A stretch of DNA of 64,000 nt from Gemmatimonadota bacterium. GTDB taxonomy: Bacteria; Gemmatimonadota; Gemmatimonadetes; Palauibacterales; Palauibacteraceae. Shown here piece by piece: positions 1-9,781 of the stretch. The stretch covers positions 1,945,614 through 2,009,613 of the forward strand of contig OY282356.1 of assembly GCA_958295535.1 (NCBI GenBank), given 5' to 3'. Within the stretch, counting starts at the first letter, position 1. Each line of letters begins with the position of its first letter. The notes below the pieces were generated by a model. It was not told the origin of the DNA and ran no database searches. It saw nothing but the letters and a program-made list of their open reading frames with translations. The position numbers were made by a program, and so were the translations under genes.

Positions 1-2252
1 CGGTCGGACATGGCTATGTGAAAGAAGTCGAGGGTGACGCTGAACGGGCCCCGCTCGAACACCGTCCCCAGGCCGATATTGACGGAGCGCTCCGGCTCCA
101 GAGGCACTCCTCCCCGCAGCTTGGCTACCGCGGATGTGGACGGAATCGTGCCGTTATTGACCAAGTCCATGAGCTCCCGGTCGTACTCCGTGGAAATGTT
201 GAAGGCGTTCTGCTGTCCTGGCGTCGGCGCTCTGAGGCCGGTGCTCAGGCTGCCCCGGACCGCCAACGTTCCGGAGATGCCGTAGCGCGCGGCAAACTTC
301 CCGTTCAGGGTCGCGCCGAAGTCCGGGTAGTTCTCGAAACGCAGCGCGCCGCCCGCCATCCAGCGGCCGTTCTCGGGGTCCCCCATCTCGGCATCGGCAT
401 AGGCGGCGTAGTTGGAGCGGTGCCAACCGCCGGCCGCGATGGGGCTGAAGCCCGGAAAGCCGTTCGACCCCGCGCTGAAACCCTGCGCGGCGTAGGGTCC
501 GATCCGCCACGAAGTCTCCTCGCCCAAGCCGATCTTGTAGTACTCGTCCCGCCACTCGGCGCCGCCCGCGACATTCAACATGTCGCTGACGGCGTAGCTC
601 ATGTCCAGATTCAAGTTGACTTCGCGCTGGAGATTCAGGCCCGGATCGAACCTGGTCGGCGTGTCGAGCCCCAGCGAAGCATTGACGGTGTTGTAGATGT
701 AGTAGTCCACCCGGTTGAGGCCGACGGTGGCGCTGGCATCCCAGACGAAGCCGCCGCTGGTTTCTCCCGTGAATCCGGCGACCGCCGCGGCATCGGTGGC
801 GTCGCCGCCGAACTGCGGGGTGAAGCCGGCCGGGAACCTCTCCTGGAAGGTGAAACAGTTGGGATCCGCGAAGACCCGTGCCAGGGCATCTTGGTCCGGC
901 AGCCCGTCGACGACTCGCACTACGGGACAGCCCGCCGATCCGTCGACGACCCCGTCCTGGGCGTCGAGAGCATCTCCGATCAGGAGCGTCTGGCCGCCAT
1001 CGGCGCTGAACACCGCTGCCCGCGTGTTGGGATTGCGGAAGTAGAAGCCGCCCTCCACCGTCTCGCGGTTGTAGTTGGCGGTCGCGTAGAGCCGCGCGCT
1101 GCCGCCCAGGGCGTAGCCGAAGTTCCCCCAGAGCTTCAAGTCGCCGTCGACGGAGGGAGCGCCCCAGATCTGGACGGGGTCCGGCACCATCGTATTCCCC
1201 GCTGCCACCAGAATCTTGGCGTCGTTCCGCTGCACGCTTCGGCTGGAGGCGGCGGAGGCGCCGTACTCGGCGCTGAGATTCGCGAAGCCGGCGGCCCCCA
1301 GGGGCAGCCCGACATTGCCCGAGAAGGTGTAGCCGTCGCCGCCACCATCGGCGAAACGCCCTCCCCTCGCCTCGAAGGAGCCGCCGGAGCGGGCGTTCTT
1401 GAGCCGGAAGTTGATGACGCCCGCGATCGCATCGGAGCCGTACTGGGCCGAGGCCCCGTCCCGCAGAACCTCGACTTGGCGCAGCGCAATAGCCGGAATC
1501 GATGATATGTCCGCGCCCTGGGCGCCGTCCGACACGCCGTTGCCGATCCAGGTGATCACGGAGCCGCGGTGGCGACGCTTCCCGTTGATGAGCACCAGCG
1601 TGTGGTCGGGAGCGAGCCCGCGCATATTCGCCGGACGCACTATCCGGGCCGCATCGCCCGTGGCCTGCGGGTTGACATTGTAGGAAGGGATCACGGTGCG
1701 CAGGAGGTCGTTGAGATCGGTGTCGCCCTGATCGAGGAAGTCCGCCACCGGGATGGCGTCGATCGGCACCATCGACTCGGTGACCGTTCGCGACTGGCCG
1801 CGGCTCCCCACGGCGACCAAGCCCTCCAGCCGGATGCCCGTTCTAGAGACGAGAATGTCGAGCCGGGTGGTCTCGCCGCCGGCGATCGCGACTTCCCTGT
1901 ACTCCGCTTCGTATCCGATGAGCGTGACTTCCACCCGGTGGGTTCCCGCCGGGATGCCGTCTATCTCGTACGCGCCGCCGGGGCCGCTTGCGGCCACCAA
2001 GTCGGCGCCCTCGACCTCAAGACGGGCGTTGGCCACGCCCGCCCCGCTCGTCGCGTCGCGGACGACTCCTTCCAGCCGGCCGCCCTGGGCCTGAAGCGCT
2101 GGCGCTGCTGCGGCCGGTGCGATCGCTGCTGCGGCCAGCGGAGTGGCTGCGGCCAGCGGAGTCGCAACCGCCGGGGCCAACAGGGCGGTCAACCCGGCTA
2201 ACGCCGCCAAGCGCCCGACGCCCCGCGCAAGGAGGTTGGCGGCAAGGCGCAC
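1..2252 (-). CDS. TonB-dependent outer-membrane receptor with N-terminal carboxypeptidase-regulatory-like domain (partial; C-terminus runs off window start)
   Basis: The minus-strand frame is open from 2252 to 1; it is not in the ORF track because it runs off the edge. A GTG at 2252 opens a signal-like N-terminus (VRLAANLLARGVGRLAALAGLTALLAPAVA). Next comes a CarbopepD_reg-type segment (GRLEGVVRDATSGAGVANARLEVEG...GGAYEIDGIPAGTHRVEVTLIGYEAEYREVAIAGGETTRL). A TonB plug motif (PDHTLVLINGKRRHRGS) and barrel-like segments (ANYNRETVEGGFYFRNPNT; NIGLGTVFERGPFSVTLDFFHI) follow. The plus-strand ORFs 18..1505 and 1569..2201 are antisense artefacts of this gene. Confidence 0.8.
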   Translation of the reverse strand, partial: MRLAANLLARGVGRLAALAGLTALLAPAVATPLAAATPLAAAAIAPAAAAPALQAQGGRLEGVVRDATSGAGVANARLEVEGADLVAASGPGGAYEIDGIPAGTHRVEVTLIGYEAEYREVAIAGGETTRLDILVSRTGIRLEGLVAVGSRGQSRTVTESMVPIDAIPVADFLDQGDTDLNDLLRTVIPSYNVNPQATGDAARIVRPANMRGLAPDHTLVLINGKRRHRGSVITWIGNGVSDGAQGADISSIPAIALRQVEVLRDGASAQYGSDAIAGVINFRLKNARSGGSFEARGGRFADGGGDGYTFSGNVGLPLGAAGFANLSAEYGASAASSRSVQRNDAKILVAAGNTMVPDPVQIWGAPSVDGDLKLWGNFGYALGGSARLYATANYNRETVEGGFYFRNPNTRAAVFSADGGQTLLIGDALDAQDGVVDGSAGCPVVRVVDGLPDQDALARVFADPNCFTFQERFPAGFTPQFGGDATDAAAVAGFTGETSGGFVWDASATVGLNRVDYYIYNTVNASLGLDTPTRFDPGLNLQREVNLNLDMSYAVSDMLNVAGGAEWRDEYYKIGLGEETSWRIGPYAAQGFSAGSNGFPGFSPIAAGGWHRSNYAAYADAEMGDPENGRWMAGGALRFENYPDFGATLNGKFAARYGISGTLAVRGSLSTGLRAPTPGQQNAFNISTEYDRELMDLVNNGTIPSTSAVAKLRGGVPLEPERSVNIGLGTVFERGPFSVTLDFFHIAMSD

Positions 2253-2568
2253 AAAACCTATCGGTGATTCAGCGACACTTCGCAATTGCCTAACATTCCT
2301 TCCTGGACTACACCGACGGCTATCGCCATCCGTCCGGCGGCGAACCGGGCGCTGCGGCGGCGTCAAAGGCTGGCCGCTGACATGCAGGTGGCCCAATCAC
2401 CGGCCCCGGTCGGCCCCACGCCGCAGGTCACCCTCCCGCGCCAGGATCGAGGGGCCGCGCCCCGGACGGCCAGTGCGGCCAGCGGCAGGTTGAATCGGCT
2501 CGAACTTGCGTTGGCGGGACTGCGGGAAGCCATTATTGCCTTGGAGGTCGCGCACCTGGCCCCTCGTC

Positions 2569-4992
2569 CTACTCGTCGTCCTGCTCATCGATCCCGGCCT
2601 CGCCTTCCCACACCCGGCCGGCGCCCCGCACATACTGCCCGGTTCTGATTCGGCCGACAGCGTAAGCCGGAAGCCCGCGTACTGCAAGGCACTTTCCGCC
2701 AGCCCTGACGCCGTGAGTCTCGAACGCGAAATCGAGGTTCTGGAAACCGTGCCGCCTGCTCCAGTGGGGAAGGTCGCTCTCGCGGACCGGCACCACATGC
2801 AGGAAGAAGATCTTGTCGATATCGTCCGAGTCGCATGGCTCCTTCACGTAGATCAGCTCGTCGCCTCTATAATGCTCGTCGCCTCTGTAATAGACATCGA
2901 ACACCGAGCGAATCACCGGATCGCTCGTCTCCTCGATGCGCCGGGTGCGTCCCCCCTCGCGCTCGCTCTCCCAGACCGGGTTCAACTCGCTATCGTAGAT
3001 GTGCCACGACGACATGTGAGCGCCGGCATCCAGCTCCCGATACGGTCGCCCGTTCTGGAAGAGTTCAGCCACGCCGTGGGCAAATGCCATAAGCGGGTAG
3101 CCTTCGGTGAGTCTGGAACGTTTATCGGTACGCAGGACCGTATAGTATGTCCGCCCGGTTTCTTCAGGCGGGACCGTGTGCACCATGTACTCGCCACCGG
3201 AAACTCTGGGCAGAAAGTCGTGAAAATAGATAACTATATTAATCGCGCGTTCGTCACGGTCGGCGTTAATCACCCGGACATAGTGGCCGCGGTCTTGAAG
3301 GCGGGCGAGCTCGTCCAGGAGCTCCGCCTCCGTGTGACGGACGCTATGCTGGACAACGGTCTGGAGCAGGAAGTTGTAGTAGTTGCAGCACACGAAGAAC
3401 GCGACGAAGCCGACCACCGTCCATTTCGCCAGCGCGCCATGCCAAAGTCGCCCCCTTCTCCCGACGGCGAACTCCATTGCGAATTTGGCGGAGAACGCCA
3501 TCAGCGTGGTGAAGACGGGGACAAGGAAGTACCAGTAGCGCAGCGCATGTACCCAGGAAGTGCAAGCGATGAGATACAGGCTCGCGAACTGCCCCAGGAG
3601 GAACAGCACGAAAATGAGCTCGTCATCGAATTGGCGTCTGAGCGCTCTGGCAATGACGGACACTAGCAGCAGCACGGAGAGAATGGCGAAACCGGCGGCG
3701 ATGACAGGGGAAGTGTAAATCTGCAACAAACTTCCCGCAATCCATGCCGCATTGTACGCCAACAGCTCCGGGGTCAAGGGCTGCGTACCGTAACCGCCGA
3801 GTTCCCGGGCTGCGTTTACCCTGAACAGCGTGTGAAAGAAGACCAGGGCTAGCGGCAGGCCGCCCACCGCTTTCCACCGACTCGCTCCTTTCAAGGCGTG
3901 GACGATCCTCGTGAACGGACCGTCCTGCCTGCCGCTCCGGGGGCATTGCCGGCGCATCGCCCCTATCAGGAGCATGGCATAGTAGCTGACCAGCAGCCAG
4001 AGCGCGGCGGCAACGTTAACCTCCTTGGACCAGACAAGGCCGAAGAATCCCAGATAGAACAGGAGGCACGTCGGCAGCGTCGAGCGAAGCTCCCGCCGTC
4101 CGCCCCCATGCACGAGCATGCGCGCCATCATCCAGGTGCAAAGGCCGAGGAAGAAAACGGTATTGACTTCCTGGGGATACAATCGCGCGGCCGGCTGGTT
4201 GGGGAAGAATATCCAGCAGTACGCCAGCACGGACAGCGGCAGCAGACGGACGAGCCGCGATGTCGTGCCATGTTCCGCCTGCTCGTCTCGGGCGAAGCGG
4301 AGGAAGGCGGCCGCGAAGGCGAATACGGCGCCAAAGTGCACCAGCCACCGCATTAGGTGATAAAGCCAGGGAGTCGGCCCGAAGACTTCCCGAGCAAGCG
4401 AGTTGTAGAAGAGCCAGAAGGGCCGGTATCTCGAGCTGTCCTGACGACTATCAGCCCACGGACAGGTCGCTCTTATCGGGCCAATGGCGGGCGTCCGGAC
4501 CGCGTAACTGCCGCCGTCCTTCTCGTAGTGCGTGTAGGCGCGCAGGAACCTGCCCCGGTCGTGACCGGTCAAGGTGTACTTCGAGTCCGGAGCGCCCTCG
4601 ACTTCTGTCCAGGCGGCATCGTCGGGCGCGTCGGCATCGTCGGACTTGGCGCTGGCCCGCTGCCAACGCCAAGTCCGCGCCGGGGCGTCATCGACATCGT
4701 GGAGCCGGTCGTCGACCAAGTAGGCGACGATGGCTGCTTGCTCGTCCCCGGCTTCCCTGATGCCGGCCATGCCGAACCCAGGCGGCGACGCATCCGGTAC
4801 GACAGCGAAGGGACGGTCGAACGCGCAAGGCGCATCCCAGTCGACATTCCAGTCGCCGTAGTCGTCCACCAGGGCGAAGGGCGTGGTCAGAGAGTAGTAG
4901 AGCGCCGGCAGAAACAACACGACGGGGATCAACAGGAACAGGACTTTCGAGAGCGGGCCCCGGAGCGGGCCGCGCAAGGTCGGTTCACGCAT
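2569..4992 (-). CDS. Large polytopic membrane protein (807 aa) carrying both shared modules of this locus (WxW module plus conserved C-terminal domain); glycosyltransferase/polymerase-like, function unknown
   Basis: One N-terminal TM helix (VLFLLIPVVLFLPALYY) precedes a periplasmic segment with the W-x-W-Q-R-G module (ARTWRWQRASAKSDD...AAWTEVEGAPDSKYTLTGHDRGRFLRAYTHYEKDGG). About ten hydrophobic helices follow. The soluble C-terminal region ends in the shared CTD (SVFDVYY..LIYVKEPCDSDDIDKIFFLHVVPVRESDLPHWSRRHGFQNLDFAFETHG..KCLAVRGLPAYAVGRIRTGQY). Confidence 0.6.
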   Translation of the reverse strand: MREPTLRGPLRGPLSKVLFLLIPVVLFLPALYYSLTTPFALVDDYGDWNVDWDAPCAFDRPFAVVPDASPPGFGMAGIREAGDEQAAIVAYLVDDRLHDVDDAPARTWRWQRASAKSDDADAPDDAAWTEVEGAPDSKYTLTGHDRGRFLRAYTHYEKDGGSYAVRTPAIGPIRATCPWADSRQDSSRYRPFWLFYNSLAREVFGPTPWLYHLMRWLVHFGAVFAFAAAFLRFARDEQAEHGTTSRLVRLLPLSVLAYCWIFFPNQPAARLYPQEVNTVFFLGLCTWMMARMLVHGGGRRELRSTLPTCLLFYLGFFGLVWSKEVNVAAALWLLVSYYAMLLIGAMRRQCPRSGRQDGPFTRIVHALKGASRWKAVGGLPLALVFFHTLFRVNAARELGGYGTQPLTPELLAYNAAWIAGSLLQIYTSPVIAAGFAILSVLLLVSVIARALRRQFDDELIFVLFLLGQFASLYLIACTSWVHALRYWYFLVPVFTTLMAFSAKFAMEFAVGRRGRLWHGALAKWTVVGFVAFFVCCNYYNFLLQTVVQHSVRHTEAELLDELARLQDRGHYVRVINADRDERAINIVIYFHDFLPRVSGGEYMVHTVPPEETGRTYYTVLRTDKRSRLTEGYPLMAFAHGVAELFQNGRPYRELDAGAHMSSWHIYDSELNPVWESEREGGRTRRIEETSDPVIRSVFDVYYRGDEHYRGDELIYVKEPCDSDDIDKIFFLHVVPVRESDLPHWSRRHGFQNLDFAFETHGVRAGGKCLAVRGLPAYAVGRIRTGQYVRGAGRVWEGEAGIDEQDDE

Positions 4993-5424
4993 CTATGGCT
5001 GTCCTCCCGAGCGGTGAGCGGGACGAGAAAACCGGCTCCGCACCTGCCGACGATCTCTGTCCGCCGGGGATGCCGCCGCCGCGTCGGGCGGCGGCTTCCC
5101 GGAGGCATCCATATATTGTACAATGGGCTGCGCCGTTAGCCCCCGCCGCAACGGCAGGCCATGGAATCCGGCAGGCCTGCCGCCCCGATGGCGTGGCGCG
5201 CCGACGGTGGCACCTGATCCGATCGCCGAGCGCCATCCGGGACAGGCACGATAAGCTATGACAAAACGCACTGCCAACGGCGCACCGCTCGGCTGGCCGA
5301 TCGATCTCCACCGGCGCCGGTTCCGCATCCGCCGGGCCGATGGCGAACCGGCGCCGCCCCGCCCGGTCTAGCGCATGGACCTGGAGCCGGACTCGGCGCT
5401 TGATCCTGGACCAAGTCCGCGCCC

Positions 5425-6789
5425 TTGAAGTCGCTCCTGGCAAAGCTGCTCCCGGCATCCGCAAAGCTGCTCCCGGCATCCGACCGCCGCGCGGCCCGGC
5501 AGACCCTTTGGCTGGGCGCGATAACGGCGGTTCAGGCGCTGGCCGGCATAGTTCAACTGACGTTCTCGGCCCGGATTCTTGGGCCCGAAGGCTTCGGGAT
5601 CCTGGCCATCGTCATTGCCGCAGCCTCGCTCGTCTTCGGAATCGCCACGATGCCGGGCGAAGAGATCATCACGACCTACGTAACGCGAAGCGTAGCCCGA
5701 GGAAAACCGGAGGAGGCGGGAAGAGTGTTGCGGCTCGCCATGGGATCCGCGTTGGGCATGAGGCTGCTCTGCTACGGACTGATTGCGGCTGGAACGCACA
5801 TAGCCGCCGGACTCCTCGGCCTCGTCGACAACGTCTACGTGCTGCCAATGCTCCTTTACAGCGTCACGGGCGTTTTTACGTCCGTCTCCGGGGAAAGCGT
5901 CGCGGTGCTGAGACTAGCCGACCGGTTGCAGCTAGGCTTCGCGGTCATGGTGGCGAGCGCGCTGTCCGGGGCGGTGGTGCTCGTGTGGGCCTGGTCCGCC
6001 GGCGGCGGACTTCTCATGGTCATCATGTCGTCCGTCGCCAAGACCGCCGTGCTTGGAGCGGGGATGGCACTGTCCGTGGCGCTGTCGGCCGGGCGGGCGG
6101 GCGTGCCGGGATTTCTGCGCTCCCTGTCCGTCAAGGTTCCGCGAGACATCCGCAGATTTCAAATTGCGTCCTTCGGCAGGTCCTCCGTAGAGGCGCTGCA
6201 TGTCCACGCCGACGCGCTGCTGCTAGCAGGATTGACCGGCACGGTCCAAGTCGGGCTGTACCGTGCGGCCCGTTACATCATAGACGCCACGAAGTTGCCA
6301 TTCCTCGCTCTTGCCCAGGCGCTGCAGGTCGAATACAGCAGGCATTGGTTCGGGGCCGGCGGCGCAGGCGTCAGGAATCTGTCGCGTCGCTTCACGGCGC
6401 TGGCGGTGGCAGCGGGCGCAGCGGGATACGGACTGCTTCTTGCATTCCACCAACCCATCATTCGCATCCTGCTGGGCCCGGACTTCGCGGAGGCGGCTAG
6501 CCCTCTGCTGTTCATGCTTCCCGGCGCATTCATCTTTACCGGCATCGCGGCGCTATATGTCGTGCCTACGGCGACAGGCCGGGCCACTCCGCACTTGGTA
6601 GCCATGTCGGCCGCCGTGGCGGCGCAGGCTATCGTCATCGTATTGCTGGCGCCGAGCCACGGCGCAAACGGAGCTGCGTGGGCCGCCACTGCCCATTCCC
6701 TGGTCTTTGCCGCGACCATGATTCCGTTCGTAGTCCCGACACTCCGCCAAACCCGCAAGATCTCTCCTGCCACCGAGACATGTCGCTAA
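5425..6789 (+). CDS. Wzx-like polysaccharide flippase (MOP/polysaccharide biosynthesis protein family), copy 1
   Basis: 454-aa ORF that is multi-TM throughout. Its N-terminal region (SDRRAARQTLWLGAITAVQALAGIVQLTFSARILGPEGFGILAIVIAAASL) is paralogous to 22324..23637 (SDRLVVRQTSWMGAITAVRLLGGLAQLTIAARILGPEGFGVLAVIIAVAAL). This is the typical Wzx/RfbX-type architecture. The start is uncertain: the first 19 codons contain a 21-bp perfect tandem repeat, so the true start may be near 5480. Confidence 0.65.
   Translation: MKSLLAKLLPASAKLLPASDRRAARQTLWLGAITAVQALAGIVQLTFSARILGPEGFGILAIVIAAASLVFGIATMPGEEIITTYVTRSVARGKPEEAGRVLRLAMGSALGMRLLCYGLIAAGTHIAAGLLGLVDNVYVLPMLLYSVTGVFTSVSGESVAVLRLADRLQLGFAVMVASALSGAVVLVWAWSAGGGLLMVIMSSVAKTAVLGAGMALSVALSAGRAGVPGFLRSLSVKVPRDIRRFQIASFGRSSVEALHVHADALLLAGLTGTVQVGLYRAARYIIDATKLPFLALAQALQVEYSRHWFGAGGAGVRNLSRRFTALAVAAGAAGYGLLLAFHQPIIRILLGPDFAEAASPLLFMLPGAFIFTGIAALYVVPTATGRATPHLVAMSAAVAAQAIVIVLLAPSHGANGAAWAATAHSLVFAATMIPFVVPTLRQTRKISPATETCR
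5440..5481 (+). repeat. Perfect 21-bp tandem duplication (gcaaagctgctcccggcatcc x2) at the 5' end / leader of the Wzx-like gene
   Basis: Two identical adjacent 21-mers at 5440-5460 and 5461-5481. In the listed ORF frame they encode AKLLPAS AKLLPAS. Confidence 0.9.
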
Positions 6790-8627
6790 CGACGACTTCG
6801 CCACGCGGCACCTTTGTCCAGTCGATCCGGGAACGACTCGGCAAGACTAGGCTGGCGCCGTGGATGCTGTGCTACATCCTCCTGGCCGAAATCGCCTTTC
6901 AGTTCCTGCTGAAGACTTGGTCGGAAGTCCTCGAAATCGTTCTATTCGTAGGAATCCTGGCGGCCTTTCTCGTATCGAAGCTGGCAGTCGAAGGTCCCAG
7001 GGGCTTGATGCGCATATTGGTCGGCACATGGACCCAACGGCTCGCCGCGCTGTTCGTGCTGGCGCTGATGTCGTCGTTCCTGTGGGGCGACCATTCGAGC
7101 CGCTCGATCTTTGCGTTGCTAAGGCTTCCCACCTACCTCGTGATAATCGCCATAGTGGCGGATGCCGTCCGGGAAGAGAAAAGAATTCCGTCCTTTTCCT
7201 GGATCATACTTGGCGGCATCGCTTTCATATTCATGCTGACATTGGCCGAATACTACTTCGGCAGCGACTTGTTAGGGCTGAAATGCGCGGACGTAGAGAG
7301 ATGCATGACGTGGAAGGAAGAAGGCTGGCATTGGAACGGGCTGCTCGCAACTCAACAGATGCCGGACCCTTTTTACGGCCGGGAAAATCTGCGCGCGACC
7401 GTAATGGCCCAGGCCTATGGAATCAGCAGATTGGCGCTGTTCGCCATACTGGCCTACGCTTTGGGCCTCGGCCTTATGGTAGCCTCTCGACGATGGGCCT
7501 CCAAGCTGATCGCCGGGAGCCTGCTGACCATAATTGTTTTTGGCGTCTTTGCGAGCGGATCCCGCTCGGCCACCCTGGCCATTCCCATCGTGTTCGCATC
7601 TTTCATCACGTTGAGCGCGGTTTCGCTGCCCCGAGCGATGGTTCCATTGACGGTTTCAAACATAGCGGTGCTAGCGGGCGCTTTTCTAATGTTGCTGGTT
7701 CTGCCCACTGGCACGACGGCATTCGACCGCATCCTCGGCAGGCATCTGGACAGGTTCGAATGGGACTTTGCGGACTACGCCCCCATTGATGCGCCGCCTG
7801 GAGTGAAGATCGTCGGGGCCGGAATCAGGAACGAGGACATAGCCATCATCGCTTACCTGATCGATGACCGGCACCACCGGGATGACGACGATCCGGTCCA
7901 GGATTGGCAGTGGGAGCGGGGCCAAGCCCGATCCGACGATGCCGCCGGACCCGACTCGGACGATGCCGCCGGACCCGGCGACGATACCGAGTCCGTCTAC
8001 TATGCAAGGCCCGACAACGATACCTGGACCGAAGTCGAGGGCGCCCTGGACCGTAGATACGCCTTGACCGGCCACGACATCGGCAAGTTCCTGCGCGGCT
8101 ACACGTTCTACGAAAAGAACGGCGACACCTACTTGGCCGTTACGCCCGCGATTGGCCCGATACGAGGACTGTCCGGGCTCCTTCGTCTGGATGAATGGAG
8201 ATTCAGGAATTGGAAGCTGGCCCTGGAGCTGTTCGCGGACAACCCGTTGGGAGGCAGCGGATACAGGACTTTCCAGCCGGAAGCGCGTGCGAGATTCCCG
8301 GACACCAAGACAATCGGCGTCCACAGCGGCTACCTGAAGATACTGTCAGAATCGGGATTGCTGGGAGCGCTCCCGTTACTGGCGGTCCTGGCGTGCGCTG
8401 TATGGATGATGTGGCGGTTCGCGCCGGGCGCGTCTGCCGAGGCGACCCTGTGGCGGAACGCCTTTCTGAGCGCGTTCGCCATGATGCTGGCGGTAGACCT
8501 GATCGACACTCATTCCAGCGACCGCTACTACTGGATCGTATTGTCCTTTGCCGCGGTTGCCGAGATCTGGACGCGTCAAGATAGAGTCCGGACCGCGGGA
8601 GAGACGGCGACGAGCTGCAAGCCATGA
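6780..8627 (+). CDS. O-antigen ligase/polymerase family (Wzy_C domain) membrane protein with a large periplasmic loop carrying the WxW module
   Basis: ATG at 6780 (MSLTTTSPRGTF), just past the upstream gene stop at 6789; the listed ORF start at 6678 is an in-frame overlap. Polytopic membrane protein with a GSRSA motif and the Wzy_C signature ...IGVHSGYLKILSESGLLGALP. Its periplasmic loop contains IAIIAYLIDDRHH...DWQWERGQARSDD...TWTEVEGALDRRYALTGHDIGKFLRGYTFYEKNGDTYLAVTPAIGPI, which is homologous to the N-terminal module of 2569..4992. A partial paralog lies at 63324..64000. Confidence 0.7.
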   Translation: MSLTTTSPRGTFVQSIRERLGKTRLAPWMLCYILLAEIAFQFLLKTWSEVLEIVLFVGILAAFLVSKLAVEGPRGLMRILVGTWTQRLAALFVLALMSSFLWGDHSSRSIFALLRLPTYLVIIAIVADAVREEKRIPSFSWIILGGIAFIFMLTLAEYYFGSDLLGLKCADVERCMTWKEEGWHWNGLLATQQMPDPFYGRENLRATVMAQAYGISRLALFAILAYALGLGLMVASRRWASKLIAGSLLTIIVFGVFASGSRSATLAIPIVFASFITLSAVSLPRAMVPLTVSNIAVLAGAFLMLLVLPTGTTAFDRILGRHLDRFEWDFADYAPIDAPPGVKIVGAGIRNEDIAIIAYLIDDRHHRDDDDPVQDWQWERGQARSDDAAGPDSDDAAGPGDDTESVYYARPDNDTWTEVEGALDRRYALTGHDIGKFLRGYTFYEKNGDTYLAVTPAIGPIRGLSGLLRLDEWRFRNWKLALELFADNPLGGSGYRTFQPEARARFPDTKTIGVHSGYLKILSESGLLGALPLLAVLACAVWMMWRFAPGASAEATLWRNAFLSAFAMMLAVDLIDTHSSDRYYWIVLSFAAVAEIWTRQDRVRTAGETATSCKP

Positions 8628-9781
8628 GAATCGTAGTGGACTTGCTCTTCGTCGTCCCGGGACGGAACCGGGGTACCGAGGTCTATGTAAATAGCCTTCT
8701 ACCCGAATTGCATGGCATTTCGGGCCACGACATCGTCTGCCTGACGAACAAGTCGAATCATTCTCGCTACGAAGACGAATTGGGCTTTCAATGCCGGCTG
8801 ACTCCGGTCGGCGGATCCAACCGGACGTTCCGCGTGTCGTACCAGCAACTCTTCTCGAGCTCCGCCGCCAAAGAGCTTGGGGGGGATGTGCTGTTCTGCC
8901 CCGGATATCTTTCCCCCGTTCGCCCGGCGCTTCCTACAGTCGTAGTCATGCCCGACATGAATTTCCGCGATATTCCGAAAACAGTCTCGGCGGGAAGGCG
9001 CCTGCTGTACAATATCGCGATTCCACGCGCCTTCCGCTCGGCATCCGCGGTCATAGCGATCTCCCTGTTCGGAAAGGAGCGCATCGAGAATGCGCTAGGC
9101 CATGACGGCCATAAAGTCGTCGTGGTCCACGCGGGACCATTGGCGAACCGGGGGACGCGGGGAGACGACTGGTCCGACGTCAAGCGGAAACACGGCGTTC
9201 GTGGCGAATGCTTTCTGTCGATCTCCAGTGGAGAGGCGCACAAGAACATCGATCGGCTGGTCCGAGGCTTCGTCGAGGCGAAGCGAAGGTCGCCGGGCGG
9301 AGAGCAGCTGGTCCTCGTCGGCCACGACCTGGACGACGGACTCCGCTCCTACCTCGACCGGGAGGGTTTTCGCGATGCCGTGGTCGCCACCGGCTACGTT
9401 CCCGAGACGGAGAAGATTGCGTTTCTGAGGAACAGCATCGCATATTTCTTCCCCTCGTTGTACGAGGGGTTCGGCTTGCCTGCGCTGGAGGCGCAGTCCT
9501 GCGGGTTGCCGCTGGCTGCGTCGAGGTGCGGAAGCCTGCCGGAGGTGTGCGGCGCAGGAGCCATGTATTTCGATGCCAAGTCCGTTGAAGGTATCGCCGA
9601 CACCTTCCTGGAGATTCGCGAGGATGAGGAATTGCGCGCACGCCTGATTCGGGCCGGATACGATAACGTCGCCCGGTTTTCCTGGAAGCGCGCGGCCGAG
9701 GAAACGCTGGCGGTCCTGGAGGGCGCCGTCGCCCGCGACCGAGGCAAGCTGCCTCCGCAGACTTGGGGAACGAATAGGTGA
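8624..9781 (+). CDS. Glycosyltransferase family 4 (GT-B, group 1)
   Basis: ATGA start/stop overlap with the upstream gene. C-terminal GT4 signature FPSLYEGFGLPALEAQSCGLPLAASRCGSLPEVCG (E-x7-E). Confidence 0.8.
   Translation: MRIVVDLLFVVPGRNRGTEVYVNSLLPELHGISGHDIVCLTNKSNHSRYEDELGFQCRLTPVGGSNRTFRVSYQQLFSSSAAKELGGDVLFCPGYLSPVRPALPTVVVMPDMNFRDIPKTVSAGRRLLYNIAIPRAFRSASAVIAISLFGKERIENALGHDGHKVVVVHAGPLANRGTRGDDWSDVKRKHGVRGECFLSISSGEAHKNIDRLVRGFVEAKRRSPGGEQLVLVGHDLDDGLRSYLDREGFRDAVVATGYVPETEKIAFLRNSIAYFFPSLYEGFGLPALEAQSCGLPLAASRCGSLPEVCGAGAMYFDAKSVEGIADTFLEIREDEELRARLIRAGYDNVARFSWKRAAEETLAVLEGAVARDRGKLPPQTWGTNR

Noticed and set aside
18-2201. Long plus-strand ORFs 18..1505 (495 aa) and 1569..2201 (210 aa)
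   Set aside because: Their translations are Arg/Gly/Ala-rich junk. The opposite strand encodes a coherent TonB-dependent receptor with CarbopepD_reg and plug motifs. These are antisense ORFs typical of high-GC DNA.
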